64,000 nt of DNA from the human T2T-CHM13v2.0 reference genome, Homo sapiens: assembly GCF_009914755.1 (NCBI RefSeq), contig NC_060927.1; one strand, given 5' to 3'. The translations under genes were made by a program, and so were the position numbers. Under the pieces are notes generated by a model. The model did not search any database. It saw only the letters and a program-made list of their open reading frames with translations, and had not been told where the DNA came from. This document shows positions 32,879-47,175 of the stretch, in pieces; within the stretch, counting starts at the first letter, position 1, and each line of letters begins with the position of its first letter.

Positions 32879-33456
32879 CTATAATAAGTAAATGGGTGAA
32901 TGAAAAAATAAGTAGGCAAATTAATAGGTAAATAAATATCTTGCCAATACCTCAAAAAAGAAATTAGAAGGTTTAGTGAACAAAGTGTTCTTCCAAAGAT
33001 GATATTTTTAGAAGAACATAACTCTTTCAAGAAGTTAATTTTTATATTTTATACACCAGAAAAAACGAAAATACTGAACACTCTTCTGGGACCTGAACCA
33101 TCTTTTGCCAAATTCAACAGGTGTCACTTAGAGTGAGTAAATCACTCAAGGGGAATGGGTAATACTGCAGCTTTTAAAAAGCTATATTAAAGAAAACCCC
33201 CAGTGTGAACCAAGGGGAAGTTGGCCTGGATCATTTTTGTTCACTTTTACTTTTAAAGTTTTTAGGCCTCTTTGGCCAAAGGCTTATCCTGTCATTGAAA
33301 GTAAGGAAACTGACTTATGCTGCATCTTTAGAGGCTTGTTATGTTTTCCACTGATATTTACATTTTCAAAGAGGGATGGCAAGCATGACCAAACATCACC
33401 TCACATGAAGAATTCTGCAGTGGTGAAATTTTATGCACCATAAAACTTGGGGAAGA

Positions 33457-33744
<288 letters not shown>

Positions 33745-33899
33745 CTTGGGGAAGATAAAGCAGTGGGGGTGTGGTTTCCTGGAATTCTTCAAGTCATACC
33801 ACAGAGATCGCCAACTCAATCATGATTAAGTACAAGAGATGACAAAGAAACACTCTATTAGTTGATAGTAAACCCATTCTATAATGGAATGTATTGAAC

Positions 33900-34247
<348 letters not shown>

Positions 34248-34409
34248 TTACAATCGATACAGCCTGCCTCTATGAAACAACAAAATGACAGGTAGCCCAA
34301 TGTCTAACTGTGCCTTTCTTCCTAAATAAAATAAACTTTCCTTTATCTAGAATATGAAAGTTTATTTCACATTGTAAAACATACAATGATTTTATTTCAT
34401 ATTGTGATG

Positions 34410-34568
34410 AATACAGTGATAACGTGTACAATCTAATATCCTGGTTTTGATATTGGACTCCAGATATATAAGATGTCACCATTGGGAAAAGCTGGGTGAA
34501 GGAATCTTTGTATTAATTATACAACTCTCCGTAAATCTATGATTACTTCAAAATAAAAAGTTAAGAAA
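34410..34568 (+). mobile_element. L1MC-like 3' end fragment
   Basis: CCTGGTTTTGATATTG...AAGATGTCACCATTGGG.AAAGCTGGGTGAAGG...TCAAAATAAAAAGTT. Confidence 0.6.
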
Positions 34569-34855
34569 CACTTTAGAGAGCCTTAAAGTCCTTACTGAGA
34601 GACTTAGATACTCCCGTGAGGGCATTCTGATTCGCTGAGGTCATGTGATTTTTGTGGTCCTGTTATTAACGCTGAGTTAACCTGAGTAGGTGTTAATCAT
34701 ACACTTCCTTTCCCAACCATTTTGCATAAATGTAAGTTAGTTTATTCTACTTTTTCTCAAAAGAAAAACAAATAGGCCTTACTTAACTAAGAAAATTATC
34801 TTAATTATTTCAGAATATCTAACATTTTTAAACCAAAAAAGGAAGAGCCACTTAC

Positions 34856-34912
34856 GATCATCATAGGTGGTGGTGTCAGACAAAGAGCTACTCTCTGAGG
34901 GGATTATGTCTT
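34856..34912 (-). CDS. FRMD4B: FRMD4B coding exon (57 nt; E-DIIPSESSSLSDTTTYDD-P)
   Basis: CAG|AA acceptor (NAGNAG) and ATC|GTAAG donor. Phase 1-1 fits both neighbours. Confidence 0.9.
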
Positions 34913-35355
34913 CTGTGAATAAAAATAACTGCCTTTAGTACAATTGTGCATTTATACAATTAGAGGGGTCTTAGATAAACAATTTTCAATGGAATGCATT
35001 TTCATTTAAATAAATGTAATTAATTACAGTGCATTAAGAATAATTAACTACCATAGTAAGAATGGACTCATATACTAACAAAAATCAAAACATTTTACAT
35101 ATTGTACGAATATCACATTAGATTATTTCTTAAAATGGAACAGACTTCAAGGGAGTGCTGGTTTTAAACTAGTTTTCGGTGTTTCTTCTACACTGGAATA
35201 AAACTTTACCTATATATTTAGTGCTTATGATCAACAAACTGGAAAGAAAAAATCATGCCATTCTTATCATAAATGCTAAATGTTAAATAAAACACATTTG
35301 AATCCTCATTTGAAAATCTACTCTTAATATAACTTGGCTTTTGACCCCTCCCTGA

Positions 35356-35673
<318 letters not shown>

Positions 35674-35685
35674 AAGCTTTTCAAC

Positions 35686-35794
35686 AGGTTTCTCAACAGT
35701 GGCACTACTGACATTTTGAACTGGATAATCCTTTGTCCTGGGGAGATGTCCTGTGCATTATAGGATTTCCAGCCTCCCTGGTTGAGAACCACTG
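35686..35794. mobile_element. internally deleted MER20
   Basis: CAGGTTTCTCAAC...GGCACTACTGACATTTTG...TGTCCTGTGCATT...GTTGAGAACCACTG; both TIRs retained. Confidence 0.7.
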
Positions 35795-36095
35795 AATTAG
35801 GTTTAAGTCTTGGTTTTGCCATTTATCGACTATGAGACCTTGGGCAAATTACTTAATCTCTAAGTATCACCTGGCTCAATCCCACAATGGGGATAACAAC
35901 AGTACCTATCACGTAGTGCTGGGGTGAGGCGTTAGAATAACGGATGTAAAGCCCCTAGCCCAGCTCCCAGCATTACATGACAAATGCTCAGTAAATGTTA
36001 GCTAGACTTAAATCTTTAGTTAACTAGACACTGTGTTCTGGTTGGCAATGGCCATAACACTCTATTGCTGGTATCCATCAAATGTTAAATAATGT

Positions 36096-36500
<405 letters not shown>

Positions 36501-37062
36501 CTAGGCAAATATAATCCTTCAATGTAAACTTCAAGACCATTATGAAGGGAAGCTCTCCAACCAATCTCTAATGTTAATCTGTATCAGAAACAAGTGAACT
36601 ATCTCTATCAGACACACAGTGGAGCTTGAAGGCAAGGTGCCAGTATAGTCAGCTGTTAGGCATACTTTCACTGTAAAGGAGAACATTTGAATTTTGCACA
36701 GTTTGAGGATGGATGGGCCATAACAAATGGCCATGAAGTTAAGCACAACACTAATCACCCATATCTGTAGGTCCAGAAATTAACCACCCCCAAGACTGCC
36801 TGGATTTCACATTCAACCAAAGCTACTCTACATTCTCCAGCTGTAGTGGACTAACACTTGTGTGTTGATGCTGTACATTCCCTTTCCAAAAGCCATGTCT
36901 GCTTTGTAAATCATATGCTCTACACCCAATTATATTCTAAACTCACTTACCTTATTTCATCAAATCTAAGATATATATTTTAAGTACCAGCAAAAAATAA
37001 TAAAAAAAGTACTGCCAAGTATGACTGTAAAGCACCATCTAGTGTGTTAAGAACTAACCCAA

Positions 37063-37370
37063 GGCTGGGCGTGGTGGCTCACACCTCAATCCTGGCAGTT
37101 TGGGAGGCTGAGGTGGGAGGATTGCTTGAGCTCAGGAGTTTGAGACCAGCCTGGGCAACATGGTGAAACCCCATGTCTACAAAACATTAGCCAGGCATGG
37201 TGGTGCGTGCCTATAGTCCCAGCTGCTAGGGAGGCTGAGGTAGGAGGATCACCTGAGCCCAGGAAGTCGAGGCTGCAGTGAGCTTTGATGGTACCACTGC
37301 ACTCCAGCTTGGGCCACAGAAAGAGATCCTGTCTCAAAAAGACAAAAACAAAAAAAGACAAACAAAAAAA
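37063..37370 (+). mobile_element. AluJ
   Basis: Alu consensus. Confidence 0.88.
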
Positions 37371-37783
37371 CCCAAAACTATCCCAATTTCATACATGTTA
37401 AAATGTAAAGGAAAAAATGTCTTAGAATCAAAGAAATACAATCATATTTCAGTCACCAGGCTGAAAACCATACCAATAAACATGTAAGGTCAATTGGACT
37501 TTAAATCCACCTGGGATTTCTAAGTTTATGTTTTTTCTGAAAATGAAAGTCATAAATACATAATGTTGAGAACTTGGAAACTACAGAATATTAAGAAGAA
37601 AATTAAGTTACTTGAAATTTCACAACTGTTAGTATTTTGAAATATTTCTCAGCCAGTCTTTGTGTGTGCATATTTCTATAAAATTGGGATCATGTTGTGG
37701 TAACAATTTTATATCTGGCTTTTCTGCATTTCATGTTATATCATGACCATTTGCCCATATCTTTATTTTTTAATTTTGTTCAC

Positions 37784-38084
37784 TTTTTTTTTTTTGAGGC
37801 AGGGTCTTGCCCTGTCACCCACGCTGGAGTGCAGTGGTGCAATCATAGTTCACTGCAGCCTCGATTACCTGGGCTCAAATGATCCTCCCATTTCAGCCTC
37901 CCCTGTGGCTGGGACTACAGGTATGTACCACCATGCCTGGCTAATTTTTAAAATATTTTTTGAAGAGACGGGGTTTCACCACGCTTCCCAGGGTGGTCTC
38001 AAACTCCTTAGCTCAAGTGATCCGCTCACCTCAGCCTCCCAAAGTGCTGGGATTATAGGTGTGGGGCGCCATGCTCGTGCTGCC
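37784..38084 (-). mobile_element. AluJ
   Basis: Reverse Alu. Confidence 0.88.
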
Positions 38085-38187
38085 CATATCTTTAAATAGC
38101 CTTCACAAATCACAGAAATTTTAAATCAAGTGTACATACTTATAAAACTGAAATTCCAAACAATTTTTATCCTAAGAAACTTAGTTT

Positions 38188-38547
<360 letters not shown>

Positions 38548-38606
38548 CTATATACCATGAAGTACTGAGTAGGGGACTCAAAAAAAAAACCTTACTTATT
38601 ACTAAC

Positions 38607-38832
38607 CTGGTAACACTGTTGCTTTCTGGCTGGGTTTCTTTCCACACCTAATTCGGTATTCGTTTATTGCATTTTCAATCTCCTGAAGCTTTTTCATCGC
38701 ATCTGTGTAATCTTGCTTTCGCTTTTTCTTCACAGTTTTACAAAGGTCTGGCTCATTGGCAAGTTTCTTTGCAGCTTCCACCAGCTTTTGTTGTATTAGA
38801 AAATTACTCTCCAGTTCTTGCAAAGCAGGATC
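38607..38832 (-). CDS. FRMD4B: FRMD4B coding exon (226 nt; DPALQELESNFLIQQKL...GKKPSQKATVLP-E), coiled coil
   Basis: CAG|GAT acceptor, CAG|GTTAG donor, phase 0-1. Matches ORF 38602..38838. Confidence 0.95.
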
Positions 38833-39980
38833 CTGCATTTATACAATGATAGTTTTATTTTTATGGACACATACAATCAACTCTTACATGCATTGTGTAA
38901 TAAAACTTCCTGTGCACTTTCTTGAATCAGACGTTCTTTGAGAACACTATCTTCCCAACTTTTACTGCATAGACATCCTTGTCAAACACTTTCCTTTACT
39001 CGTCTTAACTTCAACTTCTCATTAGTCCAAACCTCTTCCCTTTTCAAGGAAGGGAATGGCCTTTCATTCATTCAGTTGGTTGGGAGAAGATCACAGTTTT
39101 CACAGATATATTCTCAACTCAAAGCTCATGGATGCAGAAGATTATATTTATATGCATAGCTTTAGAGACAGATAAATTTGGGTTTGATCTTCTTCCTGGT
39201 AATTCCTGGTTGCATGACCCTGGATACACAGCTTCATCTTTCAATGCTTCAGTTTTTTTCATTTGTAAAATGAAGATAACACCTACCTTATGAAGTAGGA
39301 TGAGGATTAAATGAGATAGTATATGTGCATTGCTTAGCTCAGAGATGGGTACACAGTGAGCACTCAGTAAATAGTAAAGATTTCCAAAGATGAAAACAGA
39401 TACAATTTTCTAAAGCTAAGATGGTCAAATTTCTACAAGAAACATAGATATGGTTATATTGGCTGATGACATGCAAATGAGAAAGTATTATACATTCTAT
39501 ATTGGCTAACAAATATTTTAACTTGATTGTAGCTCAGTGCTGTGCATGTATTATCTCATTTAATACTCATTGGATCCCGTGGAGGGAAGTCCAATCATTA
39601 CCCCCATTTTACAGATGAGGAAAACTGAGGCCTGAGAAATGAGACTTTAGAGAGGCTAAACTATTTGACAAAGGCTATTATTTAGTTTTAAGTAAACAAA
39701 CCTAATGCTGGAGTTCTTAATTCTTATAATACTGACTCTCAAATGAGAAACATTTGGAGTTCACTGAATGCCTATGATTTGGGGAGTAAATTAGTGAGAA
39801 GTAACTCAATTTTGACTGGAGTGGGCATGAAAGAAAGAGTTCAATTTGGTCTACACGATCCATCTGTACTGGTGAGATAACATACAGCAGAGACTCAAAA
39901 ACCAAAGGAAAATGTCCACTACACTCAGACAGCTTTCCTGTCTTATGATTAATTGAAAGGCTCAGAGGCATTGTTCATAC

Positions 39981-40100
39981 TTCTTCACTCGGCAGCAAGT
40001 TGTCATCTAATTTGAACGCAGTACCCACACGTCTTCTGACCTGAGGAGGCTTCTCGCCTATGTTCAGGGGATACTCCTTTGGCATTTTGCCTGTGAGCTC
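39981..40100 (-). CDS. FRMD4B: FRMD4B coding exon (120 nt; [40 protein letters not shown]), CUPID/DUF3338 core
   Basis: CAG|GAG acceptor, GAA|GTATG donor, phase 0-0. 'ELTG..P.EYPL..GE.PP.VRRR.GT.F' motif shared by FRMD4A/B, INAVA and CCDC120. Confidence 0.95.
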
Positions 40101-40189
40101 CTGTAAAACAGGACAGAATCAAGAGCAGATAATTGACACTGGCCAAAGTTGTCAAACACAACTTGATGAGCCCCAAAAAGCAGACTCAC

Positions 40190-40323
40190 AGCCTCCCGCA
40201 GACAGATCTTCTTAAGCTCCTCAACTTTTTTCAGAAGTTTTTCTTGTAATAGTTTCTCCTTCTTCTTTAGTTCAAGGATTTTTTCTCTCTTTTGCTCTTC
40301 ACTAACTTCTGAGTCTTGAGAAC
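40190..40323 (-). CDS. FRMD4B: FRMD4B coding exon (134 nt; SQDSEVSEEQKREKILELKKKEKLLQEKLLKKVEELKKICLREA), coiled coil / CUPID start
   Basis: TAG|GT acceptor, GCT|GTGAG donor, phase 1-0. Heptad-like K/E/L pattern. Lies in ORF 40064..40360. Confidence 0.95.
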
Positions 40324-41209
40324 CTAGGGGATGAGGGAAGGGCAGGGAAGGTTTATACAAGGGATGTTTCCTTCCTTTCTAAGGGACAAAGGATTTTTAA
40401 GCTAAAGCTGCTATTAAATGGTAGTTTATTTCTTTTCTCCTTGTTTCTCAACATAATAAAAGGAAACTGGAAAACATTTTCTCATTCTTCTGGGCATCAA
40501 ACAGAACCTGGTAATAAAATGTGCCTTTTTGCATCCTGGCTCAGTCATTTTGGGGGTAATGATAAAATGCTTAACGTCCCAGACACACCCAAAGAAAAAT
40601 TTCATTTTTCTGAGCAGAAGAGAAGGTAAGATGGTCCTTGAAGAGTTGTTTCAAGTGTTCTTTTAAAAAGTAAGCAAGCAAGGAAAAGAAAAATCAGTGT
40701 GAAGGAAGGTCATGCTTCAGAGTCACAAGTTGACAGTGAGATTTAGATGGGACGAATCATTTTAGTAAAGTTACATATACTTAATGATAAGGGATTCCAG
40801 AATTTTTACAGAGGAAGGGCTTAGGGGAAGCTACCACATTTGAGGGGTATGCTTGTAATCATGTTTGTATAGCATTTTATATTGCATGGAGAATTAGACA
40901 ATTATCTGTATCAAAAACTGAATGCTGGAAAAAGCAGCTGCTGTGGAAAATGTTCTTTCAAGCCACACCTTGGTACTCACCATCCTTGCATCTCATATGA
41001 CATGCACAACCTATTTATAATTTGACTTTCTACATATTCTTTAAAAAATTAGCCTTAAAATTTTATTCAAAGCTGTCGCATACATACTTATTGACATACT
41101 TATTTATTCCCAAAATAATGGATTAAAAGATGAATTTCGAAGTGGTTTATGACCGAAAAAACAAACGAAATAAAGATGGCTTGCACGTTCTCTAATCCCA
41201 AGATGTTAC

Positions 41210-41351
41210 CTGAGGAGATTAAACTGCCATTACTTGCCATGATGAACTGACTTTTCGCCTCCAGTGTCACCAGCTTGGAGGCCCTTTGTGTTCCTGTCTC
41301 TGTCAAATCCATTGCAATCTCATCTAAACTCCTGGCTGAAGGAATTTTTGC
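41210..41351 (-). CDS. FRMD4B: FRMD4B coding exon (142 nt; AKIPSARSLDEIAMDLTETG...NGSLISS-G)
   Basis: TTAG|GCA acceptor, CAG|GTAAC donor, phase 0-1. Overlaps ORF 41100..41312. Confidence 0.93.
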
Positions 41352-41859
41352 CTAAGAGGCATACAACAATGAAACAGAATTAACTCAAACATACTTCAAA
41401 TTAATGAAACAATTAAGTTAACATACAATAAAAATAGCAACACAGAGGATAATTTAGAATTTTCACATATTCAAGTGGCATTCTTCAGACCAAAAAACAA
41501 AACAAAACAAAACAAAAACCCCACAAGTAGTTAAAATGTTTTAATAACTATACGTGATTTTCTCATGGTGTGGTTCAGTTACTAACTTTGAAGTGTCACC
41601 GGCAACATCACCGCCAGCAGTGTCACCAGTATATACAAACGTGCATGCCAAAAAGTTGGCCAGTCTTACAACTTTTAAAGCAGCTTATATATTGCCCATC
41701 ATGTAAACATATAAAAAAACTGAAATAGTTGGAAGTTAAACGCAAAAAAATCTCAGACAGCAAAAATATATGTGCTTGCATCTTTTGTGAGAAGGCTTAT
41801 CTTCTGAACAGAATGCAAAAGGGGAATCTGTCCCTATAGAAATGATGCCAGTTACTTAC

Positions 41860-41998
41860 TTTGCTTTGCTTCCGGTCCAAGTAAAACTGATGCTGACTAA
41901 TTGCCATTACCCAAATGGACTTGATGAGAGAAGAGTTAGCATACCATGTTTGCACAAACAGGCCACTTTGCCCAAAGGTTCTTCTTGAAACTGAAATC
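41860..41998 (-). CDS. FRMD4B: FRMD4B coding exon (139 nt; ISVSRRTFGQSGLFVQTWYANSSLIKSIWVMAISQHQFYLDRKQSK), end of FERM
   Basis: CAG|G acceptor, AAA|GTAAG donor, phase 2-0. FERM C-terminal helix 'KSIW.MAI..HQFY'. Confidence 0.95.
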
Positions 41999-42509
41999 CT
42001 GAAAGATTAAAGAAAGCACTCAAATAATTCCCCTCTGGCCCAGCATGATGCAAAATGTACCCTGCGAGCAGCATTGTAACAAGGCATGTTCCTCTTACCT
42101 GTCTTCTGTTGCAAAAACTCTTACGCAAATGGGGACCAAGTTTCTGATTTTCTCCTTTTACAACAAAACAATTCAGACCTAAGTAATCTCTTTCTGGATA
42201 AACAGCATGTTTAAAAACACACACACATGAACTCAAAAGCTGATAAAGAATCAGTCAAATTAGAGATTATACAAAAACATTTAGTTAGAAACTCTAAGGA
42301 TGTGTAGCCATCACAAGTGGTAAGGAATAAATGGGATAAGATTTTAAAGAAACAGCAACCAAGTGTGGGATGAGCACCTAATTCAAGGTAAAAGAGCATT
42401 TCAGATCTAGGTAGATTTGGCCGGCTCTGACATTATCAGAGAATGCACTTAACGATAATGGCTGAAAATATGCAAGTCCAAAACTGTCCAGAGTGCTGCT
42501 TGTACGCCA

Positions 42510-42660
42510 GATGGAAAGAGGAAAGGGGACGGGAAGGAGAGAGGAGGAGGGAGAGGGGAGAGGGGGAGCGGGGAGAAGGGAGGGAGGGGAAGTGAAAGAG
42601 AGAGAGACAGAGAGAAAGAAAGAGAGAACAGGCAAGAGGCAGACAGACTGTGTGTGTGTG
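42510..42660. repeat. GA-rich polypurine tract followed by (TG)6
   Basis: Seen directly. Confidence 0.85.
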
Positions 42661-42815
42661 ACGTGGTACTAATGTTCTTTGTAGGAATTTGGCTTATCTC
42701 TTCAGGTCACCTTTTTATCACAGGTATTTCCTCCCATCCCTCTGGCCTCTAAACATCCATAACCATCTCGGGACTGAAAAGTACCCACTAAGGACTGATT
42801 AAGAATTTCTCTTAA

Positions 42816-43153
<338 letters not shown>

Positions 43154-43204
43154 TCATGTTGGTAATTTGACTTTTTTTTTTTTTTAAATGACCAAGAACA
43201 CCAA

Positions 43205-43622
43205 CATTTTAAATGAGCAAAAGATCTGAATAGACATTTCTCTACTAAAGATATAGGAATAGCTAAGCAGCACATGAAAAGATGCTCAGCCATCATTAGT
43301 CATGAGGGAAGTGCAAATCAAAACCACAAGAAGGTACCACTTCAACCCACTAGGATGGCATAAACTATACATGCACACAAAACTAAAAATAACAAGTGTC
43401 GGTGAGGATGTGTCGGCATTGGAACCACATATACTGCTGCTTGGGATGTAAAATGGTGCAGCACTTTGAAAAGTAGCCTTGCCATTCCTCAGAGGGTTAA
43501 AGATAGTTACCATTTGACCCAGCAATTCCATTCCTAGGTATACACCCAAGAGAAATGAAAACATATGTTCATATAAAAACTTGTACACAAATGTTGATAG
43601 CAGCGTTATTTGTATAGTAACT
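43205..43622 (+). mobile_element. old L1 (L1M) ORF2 3' fragment
   Basis: GCAAAAGATCTGAATAGACATTTCTC...ATGAAAAGATGCTCA...TGTAAAATGGTGCAGC...GACCCAGCAATTCCA. Confidence 0.8.
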
Positions 43623-43654
43623 GTGTCATACAGAGAAACGTCTTTGATCCTCAC

Positions 43655-43731
43655 CTTCGTGGATCATGAACTTCAACAGCAAATTTTTTCTCACGGAAAT
43701 ATAAGTTCTCCAGCTGTTTCCATTGGAATAA
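43655..43731 (-). CDS. FRMD4B: FRMD4B coding exon (77 nt; LFQWKQLENLYFREKKFAVEVHDPR-R), FERM F3
   Basis: TTTAG|TTA acceptor, AG|GTGAG donor, phase 0-2. FERM-C 'F.W....L.F..KKF' motif. Confidence 0.95.
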
Positions 43732-43945
43732 CTAAAGAAAACAGAAAAGCCAGGAAGTATTATTTATGCTTATTTTTACTAATTCTATAAATCAGCTTAA
43801 TAATCAAACAATTATAAGCTCCAAGAAGGTACACTGATACGATGAAACATGAATATGTGATTCAGCCTTTTTACAAATCAACTATGACCTGAAACCATTT
43901 TATTCCTTCTTCTGGCAGCAATCTTTAACTATTAAGATTCACCTC

Positions 43946-44324
<379 letters not shown>

Positions 44325-45399
44325 CTATATAATAAGGAAATCTGCACAGATTCCAGTAAGCACCAGCCTTCTCAAAGATGTTGATTTCATAGTTAAATGG
44401 AAAGATATTCAAAAGGATATTTCAATAACATCAGAGATTGAATTTCAAAAGAATGCAAAGTGAAAGTAAAACGGAACCCCCATGCAGGGGTGATTCTCTG
44501 AGATACCACTTTCCTACCTATGAAGAGTTCCCCTAAATGCCACAGAAACCTAGCACCAGTAATTGGGGGCAGAGAAGGGGTAGGAGGGAACACCAGAGCC
44601 TCTTCTTGGTTTCTGAGCTAGAACCTCCAGTTTTTGAACATAGCTAGCTCCCAGTGTCTGTACACTCTGATATACACACTACTGATACTCTATTGCGGCA
44701 CTCAGTGCCGTCAGTTTGATTGGGAGGAACAAACTTTACTAGCAATGTGCATTTGAAAACCAAATAATTTGATAGAAAGCAGCTCATTCACAGAATTGAG
44801 GATGCCTTGCTATGTTTTCTGGGCTGCTTCCTAAGCTCTTTATAAGACATTGTACTATCCTGAGCCTTGGTTTGTCCTGTCAACTTGGACTTCATGGTCA
44901 AATTCCTCTTCTCTGCCCCCAGACTTGATTAGGGAAATAACAGCAGAGAGGTTTCATTATATTATTAGACTTCGGCTGGATTTTAAAATTATGTTCAAAG
45001 AATCTTAAAAGATTATTTTTAATAGTCTATACAATAAGCACTTCTCTGCAATGCACTATCAGCAAAACCATTTCCTGACATACGGGAACCCAGGCTTTTC
45101 ACAGACATGTAAACCTCATCATGTAAAGGAACAAAATGAGCTGAAGGTTTCTATACATATGCAGGCATGGGAAAAAAGGGTTCAGACTGGACCCCCCAAT
45201 TCCGAACAGTGAAATAAACCAGCACACCCTAAAAACACAGCCCTCCGGGGTCCGCACACATAGCTGTCTGTAACTATAACACTCACTCAGGTTCACAGAA
45301 GAATTAATAAAAGTATAAAGTTACATACCCATTTCTTAAAATCTCCACAAACTTGAGGTTTTCATTTCTTTAAATCCAGAGGTTCCAAAAATGGGACAG

Positions 45400-46050
45400 A
45401 AATGTGAGGAAAAACCTCAGGGTTCTTCCGCCCTCCCCCCTCCCAGACGGCAGCTCCGGTGAGTTCTGAACTGAGTTTCATAAGACACTTAGGTGTAACT
45501 CAATTTCACAAACTGAGCCTCCCACGGCTGACACACTACTGACATCAGCAACTCTCCTGAGTGACACCTCCCTAATTCTACTCCTTCCTCCCATCAGGGA
45601 GAGGAGGGCAAAGTTCTCAGTGGCAGATTTTCCCAGAAAAGAGACCTTTCTAAAATGGAGGGCAGTTGGGATTTGCCTGATACTTCCTAGGAAGTAAGTT
45701 GCTTTGAATCCAAGGACGAATTTCACCGGAGGCTGTTTTAGGAAGACATTTCTACCCTAGTTTACTCACCCTGGACATGAACAGGTTCTACAGGAAGAGT
45801 TACAATGCAGCTCAGCTGTGTTTTCCTTTGCGTCCATTCCCACACACATAAAAACCAGGGCTGGACTTGAAACATGATCTCTGAAAGTCACCACCTCCCC
45901 CTCTTATCACTTACAAATGTGAAACCCTAGCGCTTTGGACTCCATTCAGCCTGTCCCTGCATTGAGAGCAAATACGCTCCCTGCAAGCAAAAACTCTACT
46001 TAAAAGGCGAAGGACTTCAGCTTAGAGAATTTGAAATAACTGGATTGTAA
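45400..46050 (-). promoter_or_regulatory. candidate intronic promoter/enhancer with an alternative exon ending at donor 45770
   Basis: Repeat-free and GC-richer. Contains a consensus donor AGG|GTGAGT, a GC-box-like CCGCCCTCCCCC, a GAS TTCCCAGAA (45630-45638) and an ETS/STAT palindrome (45681-45696). Confidence 0.45.
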
Positions 46051-46862
46051 CTGGGTTTGCACAAGGTTATGGGAACAAGACTGGGTTTAAAGCATGAAAG
46101 GCAGAGAGCAGTTCATTCCCCTGCCTGAAATCTTAAAAGTTTGTGCAAAGTATGATTTCATATATGTGCATATAATAATATAAATGTGGATTGGAATGAT
46201 ACAAAATTCAGTGATTACTTCTGGGGGCAGATGGTATGGGGGGTACGTTGTATAGAAACTTGAATATCATTAGTAATGTTTTCTTTTATTAATAAAAATA
46301 GGATGAAAAATGACAAAATATTAGTAACAGCTATTTAAGTGGTTTTACAGGTATTGTCATATCTTTAGGACTCTTGGAATTTCTCAAAATTAAAATAATA
46401 AAAGTTTATATATATAAAATGAATATAGGTTGGTCTGTTTTATACAAGAGTGAGATTTTCACCATCTAATCAGTTGGGAGTTCCCTGTTTTAAACATTAA
46501 GTATTATTACCATTTTAATTATTTTCAATGTTTGAAGTTGCTAGGAAAATATTTCTAATTGTAGTGGTACTTTATCTAGCTGGCAGCTGGATATAAGCTG
46601 GTTTTTCTTTTGAAATTGCTGAAATCATTCTCCTACTGTGTTTTTTATTTCTGGACTCTTCATATCCGAGGGCCAGGATGCAGCTCTACAAACGGCAATG
46701 GAGCTGAGGTGAATTCATTTGCTGAAAGATAGCTCATGCACCTTGCCTCAGACAGCACCTGGCACAGGGCAGGCAGTTGAACGGTGTTCATTCTCCTCCC
46801 TTTCTCCAGTGTTTATCTTAGAAGATAAATAAAAGGCACCCTCTGGTCAAAATCAAGAGAGG

Positions 46863-47175
<313 letters not shown>

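Noticed and set aside
40101-40189. Possible mirtron
   Set aside because: The intron ends do not pair into a full-length hairpin; only a short internal stem is present.
45281-45330. Additional minus-strand donor-like sites (TGA|GTGAGT near 45287, TGG|GTATGT near 45329)
   Set aside because: Plausible alternative ends for a first exon, but weaker than 45770 and not distinguishable from chance without RNA data.
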